A stretch of DNA of 64,000 nucleotides from an uncultured Solirubrobacterales bacterium. GTDB lineage: Bacteria; Actinomycetota; Thermoleophilia; Solirubrobacterales; Solirubrobacteraceae. The stretch is taken from positions 16,476 to 80,475 of the forward strand of contig CAWEFQ010000008.1 in NCBI GenBank assembly GCA_963808385.1, in the 5' to 3' direction. The notes under the pieces were generated by a model. That model made no database searches. It was not told where the DNA came from and was given only the letters and a program-made list of their open reading frames with translations. Below, in pieces: positions 38,301-46,487 of this stretch (its first letter is position 1; each line of letters starts with the position of its first letter). Both the position numbers and the translations under genes were made by a program.

Positions 38301-38996
38301 CCACCCGAGGCGAGCGCGACCGCAGCTCTGAGCAGCAGGCTGCAGCGCAGCCTGCCCGCGCTCGCCGCCGCGACCGACAGCAAGGTCGAGATCGGCCAGG
38401 GCGCGCAGTACCTGCTCGACTACACCAACGCGAACACGGGCCGCGTCCCATGGCTGGTGCTCGCACTTGCGATCGTCGCCATGCTCACGCTGATCGTGGT
38501 GCTGCGGGCGCTGCTCCTACCGTTGATCGCGGTCGCGCTGAACCTCGCCACGATCGCCGTCGCGCTCGGGGCGCTGGAGCTGCTCACCGAGACGCACATG
38601 CTCGGCGGGCCGGGCTACATCGACGCGGCCTCGGGCGCCGGCATCATCTCGATCATGTTCGTCCTGTCGATCGACTACGAGGTCTTCCTGCTGACACGCA
38701 TGCGCGAGCAATGGATCGCACAGGGCGACGCCGAGGACGCGATCTCCTACGGCCTGCGGCACACCACCGGTGTGATCACGGGCTCCGCGGCGATCATGAC
38801 CGCCGTCTTCCTGGCATTCGCCGCGGCCGACGTGATCCCGCTGCGCCAGTTCGGCGTCGGGTTGACGATCGCGGTGCTGCTCGACGCGACGATCGTCAGG
38901 CTCGTGCTGCTGCCCTCGATCATGCGCATCGCCGGACCGCGCATATGGTGGATGCCCTCCTGGCTGGACCGCAGGCTGCCGAACATCGAGCCTTGA
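35397..38996 (+). CDS. MmpL/RND lipid transporter with a long X-X-X-Leu-X-X-Gly heptad-repeat insertion
   Basis: SD AGGAGG; LGVDYALL, LSIDYEVFLLTRMRE, VITGSAAIM, LDATIVR..LLP, WWMPSWL. Confidence 0.92.
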   Translation: MSRPSEPAGTVSKRRSWSILIAWTAAIVVLAFLGGGLEDRLAPMSLAVPGTPSSRAEAMLASEFGNTVPIAVLLRGPPAEVDRQGQRLTAALRAIKQVQVLSPWDGAVTAHGSSMARSLRPHPGSAFVLVNFIRPASRATAVVPSTEAVIARTVHDPVRSYLTGVAVIGRAIQNTTMSDTERAEMIALPVLILVLLLVFRSPVAAAVPLAMGAATVMAGHGLLWLASFLTPINSLGVAIAAMMSLALGVDYALLMVSRVRQELAAGWDHEAAVAIAARTAGRTIAAAGGTLALTMLAASKVATPGLLGPVAIGVVISGLLSVALALSAMPALLRLLGPRLNRWEIRLTRSPTAGRRSRAGRLADRLIAHPAITVPLLLAGMLALAAPAGALRMGPPSAAELPASDPARIAMGMVERTIGPGWSAPFVIVASADSGAMTTTQRIDALAHWQEAIAREPDVAAVLGPASVAGAQRELAESHAALASAPGRLEGAQRGIKGLRSGLSHASDGVAALRSGLASAANGAGSLGRGTGRAESASERLANETARAHAGAGRLANETARAHAGARRLANETARAHAGARRLASEAGRAGNGAKQLQTGVVQAATGSAQLANGIDEAAAGAEALASSDGALTTGAAQLAQGMDTLDNTVHTVLAPIEALAEQLHAWAGWIVTLQASDEQLRTRTSEAMRELEAMTVGRSDPRYKALAQDLAAVTQLIEQNGLSQLARIQQQLSHCLERLSELPAELSQLTAGLDQLRSGADRLATGTRESEEGALRLDSALHRLAAGGHTLSGGLAGLSGGAGQLATGLGKLAGGNTQLATGLGKLAGGNTQLATGLGKLAGGNTQLAGGLGKLAGGNTQLAGGLGKLAAGDAQLTSGLSGADSQTGRLATGLAGAGQPLRSYASMLNGYQQDYRLLHTDSPKALDSGYLVLTALDGTVSPTREQVAQLVNVDGGGQAARMMVIASSPPEASATAALSSRLQRSLPALAAATDSKVEIGQGAQYLLDYTNANTGRVPWLVLALAIVAMLTLIVVLRALLLPLIAVALNLATIAVALGALELLTETHMLGGPGYIDAASGAGIISIMFVLSIDYEVFLLTRMREQWIAQGDAEDAISYGLRHTTGVITGSAAIMTAVFLAFAAADVIPLRQFGVGLTIAVLLDATIVRLVLLPSIMRIAGPRIWWMPSWLDRRLPNIEP
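37014..37139 (+). repeat. 42-bp tandem repeat x3 (RLANETARAHAGAx) within mmpL
   Basis: Near-identical units starting 37014, 37056, 37098. Confidence 0.9.
37809..38018 (+). repeat. 42-bp tandem repeat x5 (QLAxGLGKLAGGNT) within mmpL
   Basis: Units starting 37809, 37851, 37893, 37935, 37977. Confidence 0.9.
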
Positions 38997-39012
38997 GGCG
39001 TATCCAATCTGT

Positions 39013-39028
39013 GTTAGGGTGCCCTAAC
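39013..39028. promoter_or_regulatory. Palindromic operator-like site GTTAGGG-TG-CCCTAAC
   Basis: Perfect 7-bp arms upstream of the radical SAM gene; 13/15 match at 42777-42791. Confidence 0.65.
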
Positions 39029-39054
39029 TCGGGTGCCAACATGAAGGAGTCACC

Positions 39055-40359
39055 GTGCGGCGGTCACCGCTCTTGGACAGCGTCACCCAATCCGAGGCGA
39101 CCGATCGCAGACCGGCCGGAGAAGGCGCCGGTCCCCTCGAGCAGGGCGCAACGATCGACCACCGTGCGCTCTATCGCCTGCCGTGGTCGCTGCCGGACAA
39201 TGCGATCGCCTGGCTGGAGCCGACCAAGAAGTGCAACCTGGCGTGCCTGGGCTGCTACCGCGAGAACGACCCGCGGGGACACAAGACCCTCGACGAGGTC
39301 CGTCACGACCTCGACGTGTTCGAGCGCTTCCGCACCGTGGACGGCGTGTCGATCGCCGGCGGCGACCCGCTCGTGCATCCGCAGATCGTCGAGATCGTGC
39401 GGATGGTCGCTCAGGATGGGCTGAAGCCGATCGTCAACACCAACGGCCTGGCGCTCACCGATGAGCTGCTGGGCGAGCTCAAGGGCGCCGGTGTTGCCGG
39501 GTTCACGTTTCACATCGACTCCAAGCAGGGCCGCCCGGGCTGGAAGAAGGCGAACGAGGTCGAGCTGTGCGAGCTGCGCCAGCGCTACGCCGAGATGGTG
39601 GCCGCGGCGGGAGGGATCGGCTGCTCGTTCAACGCGACCGTCTACGAGGACACGCTGCGTTACGTGCCCGACCTGCTCGAGTGGGCGCAGCGCAACATCG
39701 AGATCGTCAACACGATCGTGTTCATCGCCTTCCGCGCGGGCATGGTCGGCAATGACTTCGACCACTACGTGCGGGGAGAGCCGGTCGACTTCTCCACGGT
39801 TCCCTACGCCACCACCGACCAGACTCCGCACGAGCTGCAGTCGACCGACATCGTGGCTGAGATCCGCACGCGCTTCCCCGATTTCGCTCCCGCCGCCTAC
39901 CTGAATGGGACCGAGCGACCCGACACGTTCAAGTGGCTGCTCTCGGGGCGCCTCGGCGCGAAGGGGAAGGTCTACGGCTACGTCGGGCCGCGCTCGATGG
40001 AGCTCGCGCAGACCTTCAACCACCTGAGGACCGGCAGGTATCTCGCCTACAGCTCGCCGCGCACGCTCAGCCACGGCAGGGCGATGCTCCTGCTGTCCGC
40101 GCTTGACCCGCGCCTGCGCACGATCGCGCGCCGCTGGCTGAAGGCGGGCGCGCGCAGGCCCTCGCGCCTGCTGGAACGCCTGCACTTCCAGTCGGTGATG
40201 ATCATCCAGCCGGCCGACATCTACGCGGACGGAAGCCAGAACATGTGCGACGCCTGCCCCGACATGACGGTGTGGAACGACCGTCTCGTCTGGTCATGCA
40301 GGTTGGAGGAGCCCGAGCGCTTCGGGGACTTCGTGCAGATGGTGCCCAAGAGCGGCTGA
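39055..40359 (+). CDS. Radical SAM protein with C-terminal Cys cluster
   Basis: CNLACLGC (CxxxCxxC), AGGDPL, NTNG; C-terminal CDAC...C; SD AAGGAG. Confidence 0.93.
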   Translation: MRRSPLLDSVTQSEATDRRPAGEGAGPLEQGATIDHRALYRLPWSLPDNAIAWLEPTKKCNLACLGCYRENDPRGHKTLDEVRHDLDVFERFRTVDGVSIAGGDPLVHPQIVEIVRMVAQDGLKPIVNTNGLALTDELLGELKGAGVAGFTFHIDSKQGRPGWKKANEVELCELRQRYAEMVAAAGGIGCSFNATVYEDTLRYVPDLLEWAQRNIEIVNTIVFIAFRAGMVGNDFDHYVRGEPVDFSTVPYATTDQTPHELQSTDIVAEIRTRFPDFAPAAYLNGTERPDTFKWLLSGRLGAKGKVYGYVGPRSMELAQTFNHLRTGRYLAYSSPRTLSHGRAMLLLSALDPRLRTIARRWLKAGARRPSRLLERLHFQSVMIIQPADIYADGSQNMCDACPDMTVWNDRLVWSCRLEEPERFGDFVQMVPKSG

Positions 40360-40423
40360 CCGCTTTCGCAACGAGCGCGGGTTCGATATGCGAGGATCGG
40401 GCGACCGCGATGACTCTCGTTCA

Positions 40424-41200
40424 ATGAGATCCACCACCGTCGCGCCTGCGCCCGCGATCGAGCAGACGCTTGCGCTGTTGCGGCCGGCTCGCCGGCCGGC
40501 GGCGACGCAGATCCAGGACGGCTACCTCGACCTGCTCGGCGAGCAGGATCCCACCGGAGCGCATCCCGGTCAACGGCTGATGCTGAGCGGCACGCTGGCG
40601 CTGATCTACGAGCGCCTGTGGCGCCCGCTCGGGGGACGCCTGCTGATGGGCGTGACCGGTCCCCGCACAAGCGAGGAGCGCCGCATGGCCCTGAACATGC
40701 TGGAGCTCTCACCCAACGACCGGGTGCTCGACGTCGCCTGCGGGCCCGGCAACTTCACGCGTGGCTTCGCCCGCGCCACGGGCGAGGGACTGGTCGTGGG
40801 AATCGACGCCTCGAAGACGATGCTCGCCGTCGCCGCGCGCAAGACCGAGAGCGCCAATCTCGCCTACGTGCGCGGCGACGCCTGCGCGCTGCCCTTTCGC
40901 GACGGCAGCTTCGATGCGATCTGCTGCTTCGCCGCGCTGTACCTGATCCAGGAGCCGATGCGAGCGCTCGAGGAGATCGCCCGCGTCCTTGCTCCGGGCG
41001 GTCGAGTGGCGCTGCTGTCAAGCTGCAACCGCGGTCCACTGCCCGCCAGCGCGACCAACGCGGTCGTGCGGCCTCTGACCGGCATACGGATCTTCGCCCG
41101 CGACGAGCTGACGCGAGCGCTGCGCGACCGCGGCCTGACCGGCATCGAGCAGCACGTGGTCGGCCTGGCGCAGTTCGTGTCCGCCCGCAAGCGCGCCTGA
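40424..41200 (+). CDS. Class I SAM methyltransferase (UbiE-like)
   Basis: VLDVACGPG, GDACALPF..SFDAI, RVLAPGGR. Confidence 0.92.
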   Translation: MRSTTVAPAPAIEQTLALLRPARRPAATQIQDGYLDLLGEQDPTGAHPGQRLMLSGTLALIYERLWRPLGGRLLMGVTGPRTSEERRMALNMLELSPNDRVLDVACGPGNFTRGFARATGEGLVVGIDASKTMLAVAARKTESANLAYVRGDACALPFRDGSFDAICCFAALYLIQEPMRALEEIARVLAPGGRVALLSSCNRGPLPASATNAVVRPLTGIRIFARDELTRALRDRGLTGIEQHVVGLAQFVSARKRA

Positions 41201-41376
41201 CGCAAACGGCGGTCCGCCTCTGATGCGATTCCTACGGATATGAGCCTCGTAAGCACTACGGATGGCCAGCCCTGCAGGCGCGACTAGGCTGGCTCGGATG
41301 GACCGGTCAGCGGCAGTGGTTTCCGTGACGGGCGCGGGCGCAAGCCCTGCGGTCTGGTAGAGCCTGGGACCATCCC

Positions 41377-42771
41377 ATGCTCCCGCGAGTGCGAGCGGCG
41401 AATGCAGGCTCTCCGCTTCCGGTGCGCGCCTGGATCGAGAGGCGGATTGTGGTGCTGGGGGTGGCCGCGGGCCTGTTCGCCACGATCTTCTTGTTGCGCC
41501 AGACGAGCAACGACGTCGCCGACACCATCGCGCTGCTGTACGTGATCCCGATATCGCTCGTGGCGCTCGAGCTGGGAATGATGGCGGGCGTGGCGTCCGC
41601 CGCATTCGCGCTGGGGCTGCTGTGCGTGGGGGCGCTCACCGCCAACGCCAATCTCGACGTGGTCGGAGTGCTCACGCGCGGTGCGGCCTACCTCGCCGTC
41701 GGCGGCGCGGCAGGCCGCTTCAGCGATCGGATGCGCGACAGCCAGCAGCGCCAGTCTCTGCTGTTGAAGTCCGGTTTGGGACTTGCCAACCTGACACGTG
41801 CGGAGGACCTTCCTGCAACGCTTGCGCAGGATGCGCGCACCATTCTCGGGTCCCGCGGAGCGCGCGTGGAGCCGATCGATGGTGCGCCTGTGCAGGCGGG
41901 CGTGCTCGAGGAGCCCTCCGAGCGCGTCCCGATCCAGACACGGGGGGTGCTGTACGGGACGCTTGCCGTGAGCACCGCCCGCAAGATCAGCCCCGAGGAT
42001 CGCGTGACACTCGGGATCCTGGCTCTCCAGGCGGCGGTGGCGACGGAGAGCCAGCACCAGCTCAAGGACGCACGACAACGCGCGGTGCTCCGGATGGAGC
42101 TGCACGACGCCCGCAGCCACCTCGCCGAACGTGGCGATCAGCTGCGCGTGCTGATCGCCCACCAAGAGGCCGAGCGCCATCAAGTCGCGGATGAGCTGCA
42201 CGAGCAGGCGGCCCAGACACTGGCCGGCGTGCTCCTCGGCCTGCGGGCACTCGAACGGGAACTTGAATCAGACCTGGCCGCACCGAGGCTGGGCACGCTG
42301 CATTCGAGCGTCGACAGCACGCTGCGCACGCTGCGTTCGCTCGCCGTCGGACTGCGACCCCCGGCGCTCCAGCTCGGTCTTCAAACCGCTTTGCAGGAAC
42401 TGGCGGCCGAAGCGGGGGATCATGGCTCGACAGAGATGACCGTCGCCCTCGACGGCATCGGCGACCTCAGCGCGGAAGCCCAGACGATCGTCTACCGAGT
42501 CGTCGAGGAAGCGCTGGATGCGCTCGGAGGGGCGCGCTCGGTCGTCGTCCGTGCCGGGCCGTCCGGCCGCGAGCTGGTGATCGTCCTCGACGGCGGCGCC
42601 CATCCGATCGCGCGCGAGCGGCTGGCGCTCCTGCGCGCGCGCTTGGAGCTGGTCCATGGAACGCTTTCGGCCACAGCGACCGAGCTTCGTGCCGTGATCC
42701 GGCCGTCGACCTCGCCCACAGCTGAGCCGTCAACGACAGGACGAGATCCACAAGCTGACGGCCCGGCCTGA
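41377..42771 (+). CDS. HisKA_3-type membrane sensor kinase with degenerate ATPase domain
   Basis: TM region; EAER..VADELHE H-box, LRPPAL.LGL..AL, YRVVEEAL; N and G boxes not recognisable. Confidence 0.8.
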   Translation: MLPRVRAANAGSPLPVRAWIERRIVVLGVAAGLFATIFLLRQTSNDVADTIALLYVIPISLVALELGMMAGVASAAFALGLLCVGALTANANLDVVGVLTRGAAYLAVGGAAGRFSDRMRDSQQRQSLLLKSGLGLANLTRAEDLPATLAQDARTILGSRGARVEPIDGAPVQAGVLEEPSERVPIQTRGVLYGTLAVSTARKISPEDRVTLGILALQAAVATESQHQLKDARQRAVLRMELHDARSHLAERGDQLRVLIAHQEAERHQVADELHEQAAQTLAGVLLGLRALERELESDLAAPRLGTLHSSVDSTLRTLRSLAVGLRPPALQLGLQTALQELAAEAGDHGSTEMTVALDGIGDLSAEAQTIVYRVVEEALDALGGARSVVVRAGPSGRELVIVLDGGAHPIARERLALLRARLELVHGTLSATATELRAVIRPSTSPTAEPSTTGRDPQADGPA

Positions 42772-42776
42772 CGATA

Positions 42777-42791
42777 TTTGGGTACCCTAAC
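42777..42791. promoter_or_regulatory. Second copy of the operator-like palindrome (TTTGGGTACCCTAAC)
   Basis: 13/15 match to 39014-39028; similar distance to the start codon. Confidence 0.55.
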
Positions 42792-42816
42792 CACATAGCT
42801 ACCCGAGGAGGTCGTG

Positions 42817-43643
42817 ATGAGAGGTTCTCCGTTTTTTGATGGTGTCGCCCAGTCCGAGGTGGCGATCGCGGGCGAGGCGGCGAGGGTGCCGATCTTCTAC
42901 TACGACGGGACCGCGATTCAGGCTGTGTTCGCGGCTCGTTTGGGGGCGCTGCGCCGGTTGATGCCCGACCCGCGCTTCTCTCCTGCCCGGCTGGCGCCGG
43001 GTCTCGGCGCGGTGGCGATGACGTGCTTTGAGTACCGCGACACCGACATCGGCCCGTACAACGAGCTGGCGATCTCGGTGGTGCTGAACGAGCCGTGGTT
43101 CCTGCCCAACCTGCCCGGCCTGGCTCTGGCCTCGAGCCTGCGCAGGCGTCAGCTGCACGCCTGGGTGCAGCATCTGCCGGTCACGACCGAGATCGCGCGG
43201 GCGGGCGGCGTGGACCTCTACAACTACCCGAAGTTCATCGCCGGGATCGACTTCGAGCAGAGCGAGCAGCGCCGCATCTGCCGCCTGAGCGAGGGCGCCG
43301 AGCACATCCTGACGCTCTCCGGCGAGCGGATCGCCACGCCGCGCTCGCAGGAGCTGCAGCTGTTCAGCCATCTGTGGATGGACCGTCAGCCGCAGAGCTC
43401 CGAGTTCAAGATCAACGCGATCGAGATGGGCGTCAGCGTACGGCCCGGGGCCGCATCACTCAGCTGGGCGATCGTCACCCGATCGCGCGCGAGCTGGCGG
43501 GCCTGATCGCCTTCAGTCGTCCGCTGCAGTACCAGTACATGGCTCGCTTCGAGGGGATCCTGTACGGGCCCGAGCACCTCTCGCTGCCGCTGATCGCCAA
43601 GGTCGCCCAGGCCACCGCCGACGCCGCGGCGCAGCCGGCATAG
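42817..43643 (+). CDS. Acetoacetate decarboxylase superfamily protein, copy 1; frameshift ~43461
   Basis: FEYRDTDIGPYNE, LPVTTE, YNYPK (Schiff-base Lys); the C-terminus aligns with copy 2 in another frame. Confidence 0.88.
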
Positions 43644-43694
43644 GCGGGCCGGACAAGGCTGAGAAGATCGCGAGCTGTGCGAACTGCGCCGGCA

Positions 43695-46487
43695 CTACCC
43701 CGGCAGCTCGCGCCCCAGCCAGCCGCGGTAGAAGCCCTCGACGTCGGGGAGGAACTCGTGGACCACGGGATAGCCCGGCTGCAGCGCCTCCACCTCGAGC
43801 TGGCGCGCGCAGGAGGGGCAGAAGTACTCGCGGATCTGCTGGAGCTTGGGGTCGGGCCCGGCCATCTTCGGGTAGACCTCCAAAAGCGCCTCCTCGGTCT
43901 CGCGCACGTGGACGAGGGCATCCATCTTCCAGTTGCGGTTGTGCGCGCAGAAGTCGTGGCCGCAGTCGCAGCGGTGGACGAGCTGCCGGTCGGAGAGCCG
44001 GCGGACGATGTTGAGCCCCTCCCCCGCGGGCAGCACGATCTCATCCTCGTAGGGGACGCGCGCCTGGAGCACCGCGAGCCACTTCTCGAAGCGGTCTGAG
44101 TCCTTGTAGCCGGACTGGATCTCCTTGACCTCGCGCCGGGAGAGCCTCTCATCGAGCAGCGCCGCGAGCGTCTCGACGTCCAGCCTGCCCCCGCCCGCGA
44201 GGGGCACGCCGTCTTCGCCGGGCCGCGGATCGGATGAGACGAGGAAGGCGTCGGCGGCTGCATCGGGGTGCAGCTTGCCGGGCTGGGAGCGCTCCGCCGC
44301 GACGGTCGGGGTGGCGACGTCGTACTCGAAGTCCTCCGGCAGATCCCAGAACCCGCGGTACTCCGCCGCCCAGCTCGGGGAGAGGCGCATCGACTCCGCG
44401 TACATCGCCTTGACCGGCTCGACGAAGTCCTGGGCCAGGATCCGCTCGCGCTCGGCCGCCACCCACTCGCGCACGGGGATCGCCCGCTCAAGCCGGCGGC
44501 GGCGGAAGGCGTCGCGGTCGGATACGCCGTAGATCGACTCGGCGAAGCGGGGAAGCAGGTGACCTTCCTCGACATCCCGGCGGACCGCCTCGACGGGCCG
44601 TAGCAGCGGGTCGCCGAGACCGGCGCCGCCCTTCATCACGCTGAGATAGAGATCGCCGTTGGAGAATGGCTCGAGCAGCGTGAGCCCGTCGTTCTTGTAG
44701 TCGCGGGAGCTGCCCTGGATCTCCATCAGCGCGGGGGTCTCGAAGTCGCCGTCGGCGACCGGGTAGGCCTCGCCGCGGCGGGCACGCTCGATCAGGTCGG
44801 CACCGTGGATGTTGTGTATGTAGGCGGTCGCGCCCGGGTAGCCGCCGAACAGCCCCGAGGAGGAGAGAACGCGTCCGGTCCCGATGTTCTGGAGCTCCCA
44901 GAAGGGCGTCTTGTTCACCATGAACAGCGACTCGAAGCTCGACCCGCCGCGATGGCGCCCGGGCCCGCCGGAGGATGCCTTGACCCGCCGCGACAGGTAG
45001 ACGAACGGGGAGATCAGCTCCCACATCTCGACGTCTCCCATGTCGCCCTCGGGATTGAACATGGCGGCGCAGTAGTCGGTCCCGTCGAGGACATACTTCG
45101 CGCCCATGCCCTGCGCCGAGATCTCGAAGTTCATGATCGCCGAGGAGTTGCCGTACTGGTCGATGCCGCCGCCCTGCTGGACGTTGCCCGACACCGAGTA
45201 CGCGGCGAGCACCTCCTCGATGAACCCGCGCGCCTGCAGCGCCCGGGAGATCGTGCGCGGGAAGCCGGTGAACGACGGCTGCAGGAAGGCCCAGGCGATC
45301 GCGGTCGAACCCTCGGCGTCGCCGATGTTGGCGATCGTGCCCTCGGGGAAGTTGGTCTCGATCGCGAAGTAGGCGCCGTCGTTGACCTTGTCGTTGCAGA
45401 TCAGCGTCTGGGTGAACATCACCCAGATCGCCCCCTGCATCCCCGACGGCGTGCAGTTCATCGAGTGCCAGCCCCAGGCCGAGCAGCCGTCGTAGTCGAG
45501 CTCGTAGGTGCCGTCTCCGCCGATCCGCACCTCGAACGGGGAGTGCATGATTATGTCTCGGCGTGCGCGTGCCGGGAGCTGCGGCTTGTCGGCGAGCTCC
45601 GCGTCGAACCCCGCGGGGGCGCGATAGCGACCCGGGACAGTCATCTCGCGGATGCGCGACTTGAATGAGCGCCGACCCTCCTCGATGACCTCCCGGCTGA
45701 AGCGCTTGAACCGATCCACGCCCTCCTCGAGGAGGATGCGCTCGACCGCCTGGCGGACCATGTGGCAGCCGGCCAGGCGGGTGCGCTCGTCGAGCAGGTA
45801 GTACAACGAAGCGCGGGTGCGCTTCTTGCAGCGCTCGAGGTGCCATCTCGCGAGCTCGTCGTGCTCGCCGATCTTCATGCACGGCAGGTCGATGCCGTCC
45901 TCGTAGCGCATCGTCGGCCCGACCGGGACGCCGCCCGGCGTGCTCGCGCCGATGTCCAGGACGTGGGTGACCCCGCCCGCCCACGCAACCAGCTCGCCCT
46001 CCCAGAAGATCGGCACGAACGTCTGCACGTCGGCGTTGTGAACGTCACCGATGGTCGGGTCGTTGTTCGCAAAGATGTCGCCCTGGGAGATGCCGGGATT
46101 GTCCTCGTAGCCGTTGCGGACCATCCACTTGATCGCGTCGGACATGGTGTGGACGTGGACGATGATTCCGGTGGACAGGGCGAGCGAGTCCCCCTCGGGC
46201 GTGTACAGGGCAAAGCAGAGCTCGCCCAGCTCACGCACGATCGGCGAGGCAGAGATGTTGAGCGCTGTCTCTCGCGCCGAGACGAGACCTCCGCGGATGC
46301 GGGAGAAGAGCTTCTCGTAGCCGATGGGATCCGAGGCCATCAGCGTAAGCTCGTGAAGTCCGAAGTAGTAGCCGGTGTCTGCGAACAGGCGCTCGGACTC
46401 GGTAAGCATCTCGTCCAGGCGCCTGCCATCCCAGCCGATGGTCGACCTGCCGAGCTCGATGTCGGATTTCCCTTCAACGGTGGCCAT
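43695..46487 (-). CDS. acxB: Acetone carboxylase alpha-like subunit (hydantoinase B family) fused to a gamma-like subunit
   Basis: DPIGYEKLFSR..ARETA..ISASPIV..GELCF, STGIIVHV, HNAD, THVLD; C-terminal CDCGHDFC..NWK..REYFCPSC..LEVE. Confidence 0.88.
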   Translation of the reverse strand: MATVEGKSDIELGRSTIGWDGRRLDEMLTESERLFADTGYYFGLHELTLMASDPIGYEKLFSRIRGGLVSARETALNISASPIVRELGELCFALYTPEGDSLALSTGIIVHVHTMSDAIKWMVRNGYEDNPGISQGDIFANNDPTIGDVHNADVQTFVPIFWEGELVAWAGGVTHVLDIGASTPGGVPVGPTMRYEDGIDLPCMKIGEHDELARWHLERCKKRTRASLYYLLDERTRLAGCHMVRQAVERILLEEGVDRFKRFSREVIEEGRRSFKSRIREMTVPGRYRAPAGFDAELADKPQLPARARRDIIMHSPFEVRIGGDGTYELDYDGCSAWGWHSMNCTPSGMQGAIWVMFTQTLICNDKVNDGAYFAIETNFPEGTIANIGDAEGSTAIAWAFLQPSFTGFPRTISRALQARGFIEEVLAAYSVSGNVQQGGGIDQYGNSSAIMNFEISAQGMGAKYVLDGTDYCAAMFNPEGDMGDVEMWELISPFVYLSRRVKASSGGPGRHRGGSSFESLFMVNKTPFWELQNIGTGRVLSSSGLFGGYPGATAYIHNIHGADLIERARRGEAYPVADGDFETPALMEIQGSSRDYKNDGLTLLEPFSNGDLYLSVMKGGAGLGDPLLRPVEAVRRDVEEGHLLPRFAESIYGVSDRDAFRRRRLERAIPVREWVAAERERILAQDFVEPVKAMYAESMRLSPSWAAEYRGFWDLPEDFEYDVATPTVAAERSQPGKLHPDAAADAFLVSSDPRPGEDGVPLAGGGRLDVETLAALLDERLSRREVKEIQSGYKDSDRFEKWLAVLQARVPYEDEIVLPAGEGLNIVRRLSDRQLVHRCDCGHDFCAHNRNWKMDALVHVRETEEALLEVYPKMAGPDPKLQQIREYFCPSCARQLEVEALQPGYPVVHEFLPDVEGFYRGWLGRELPG

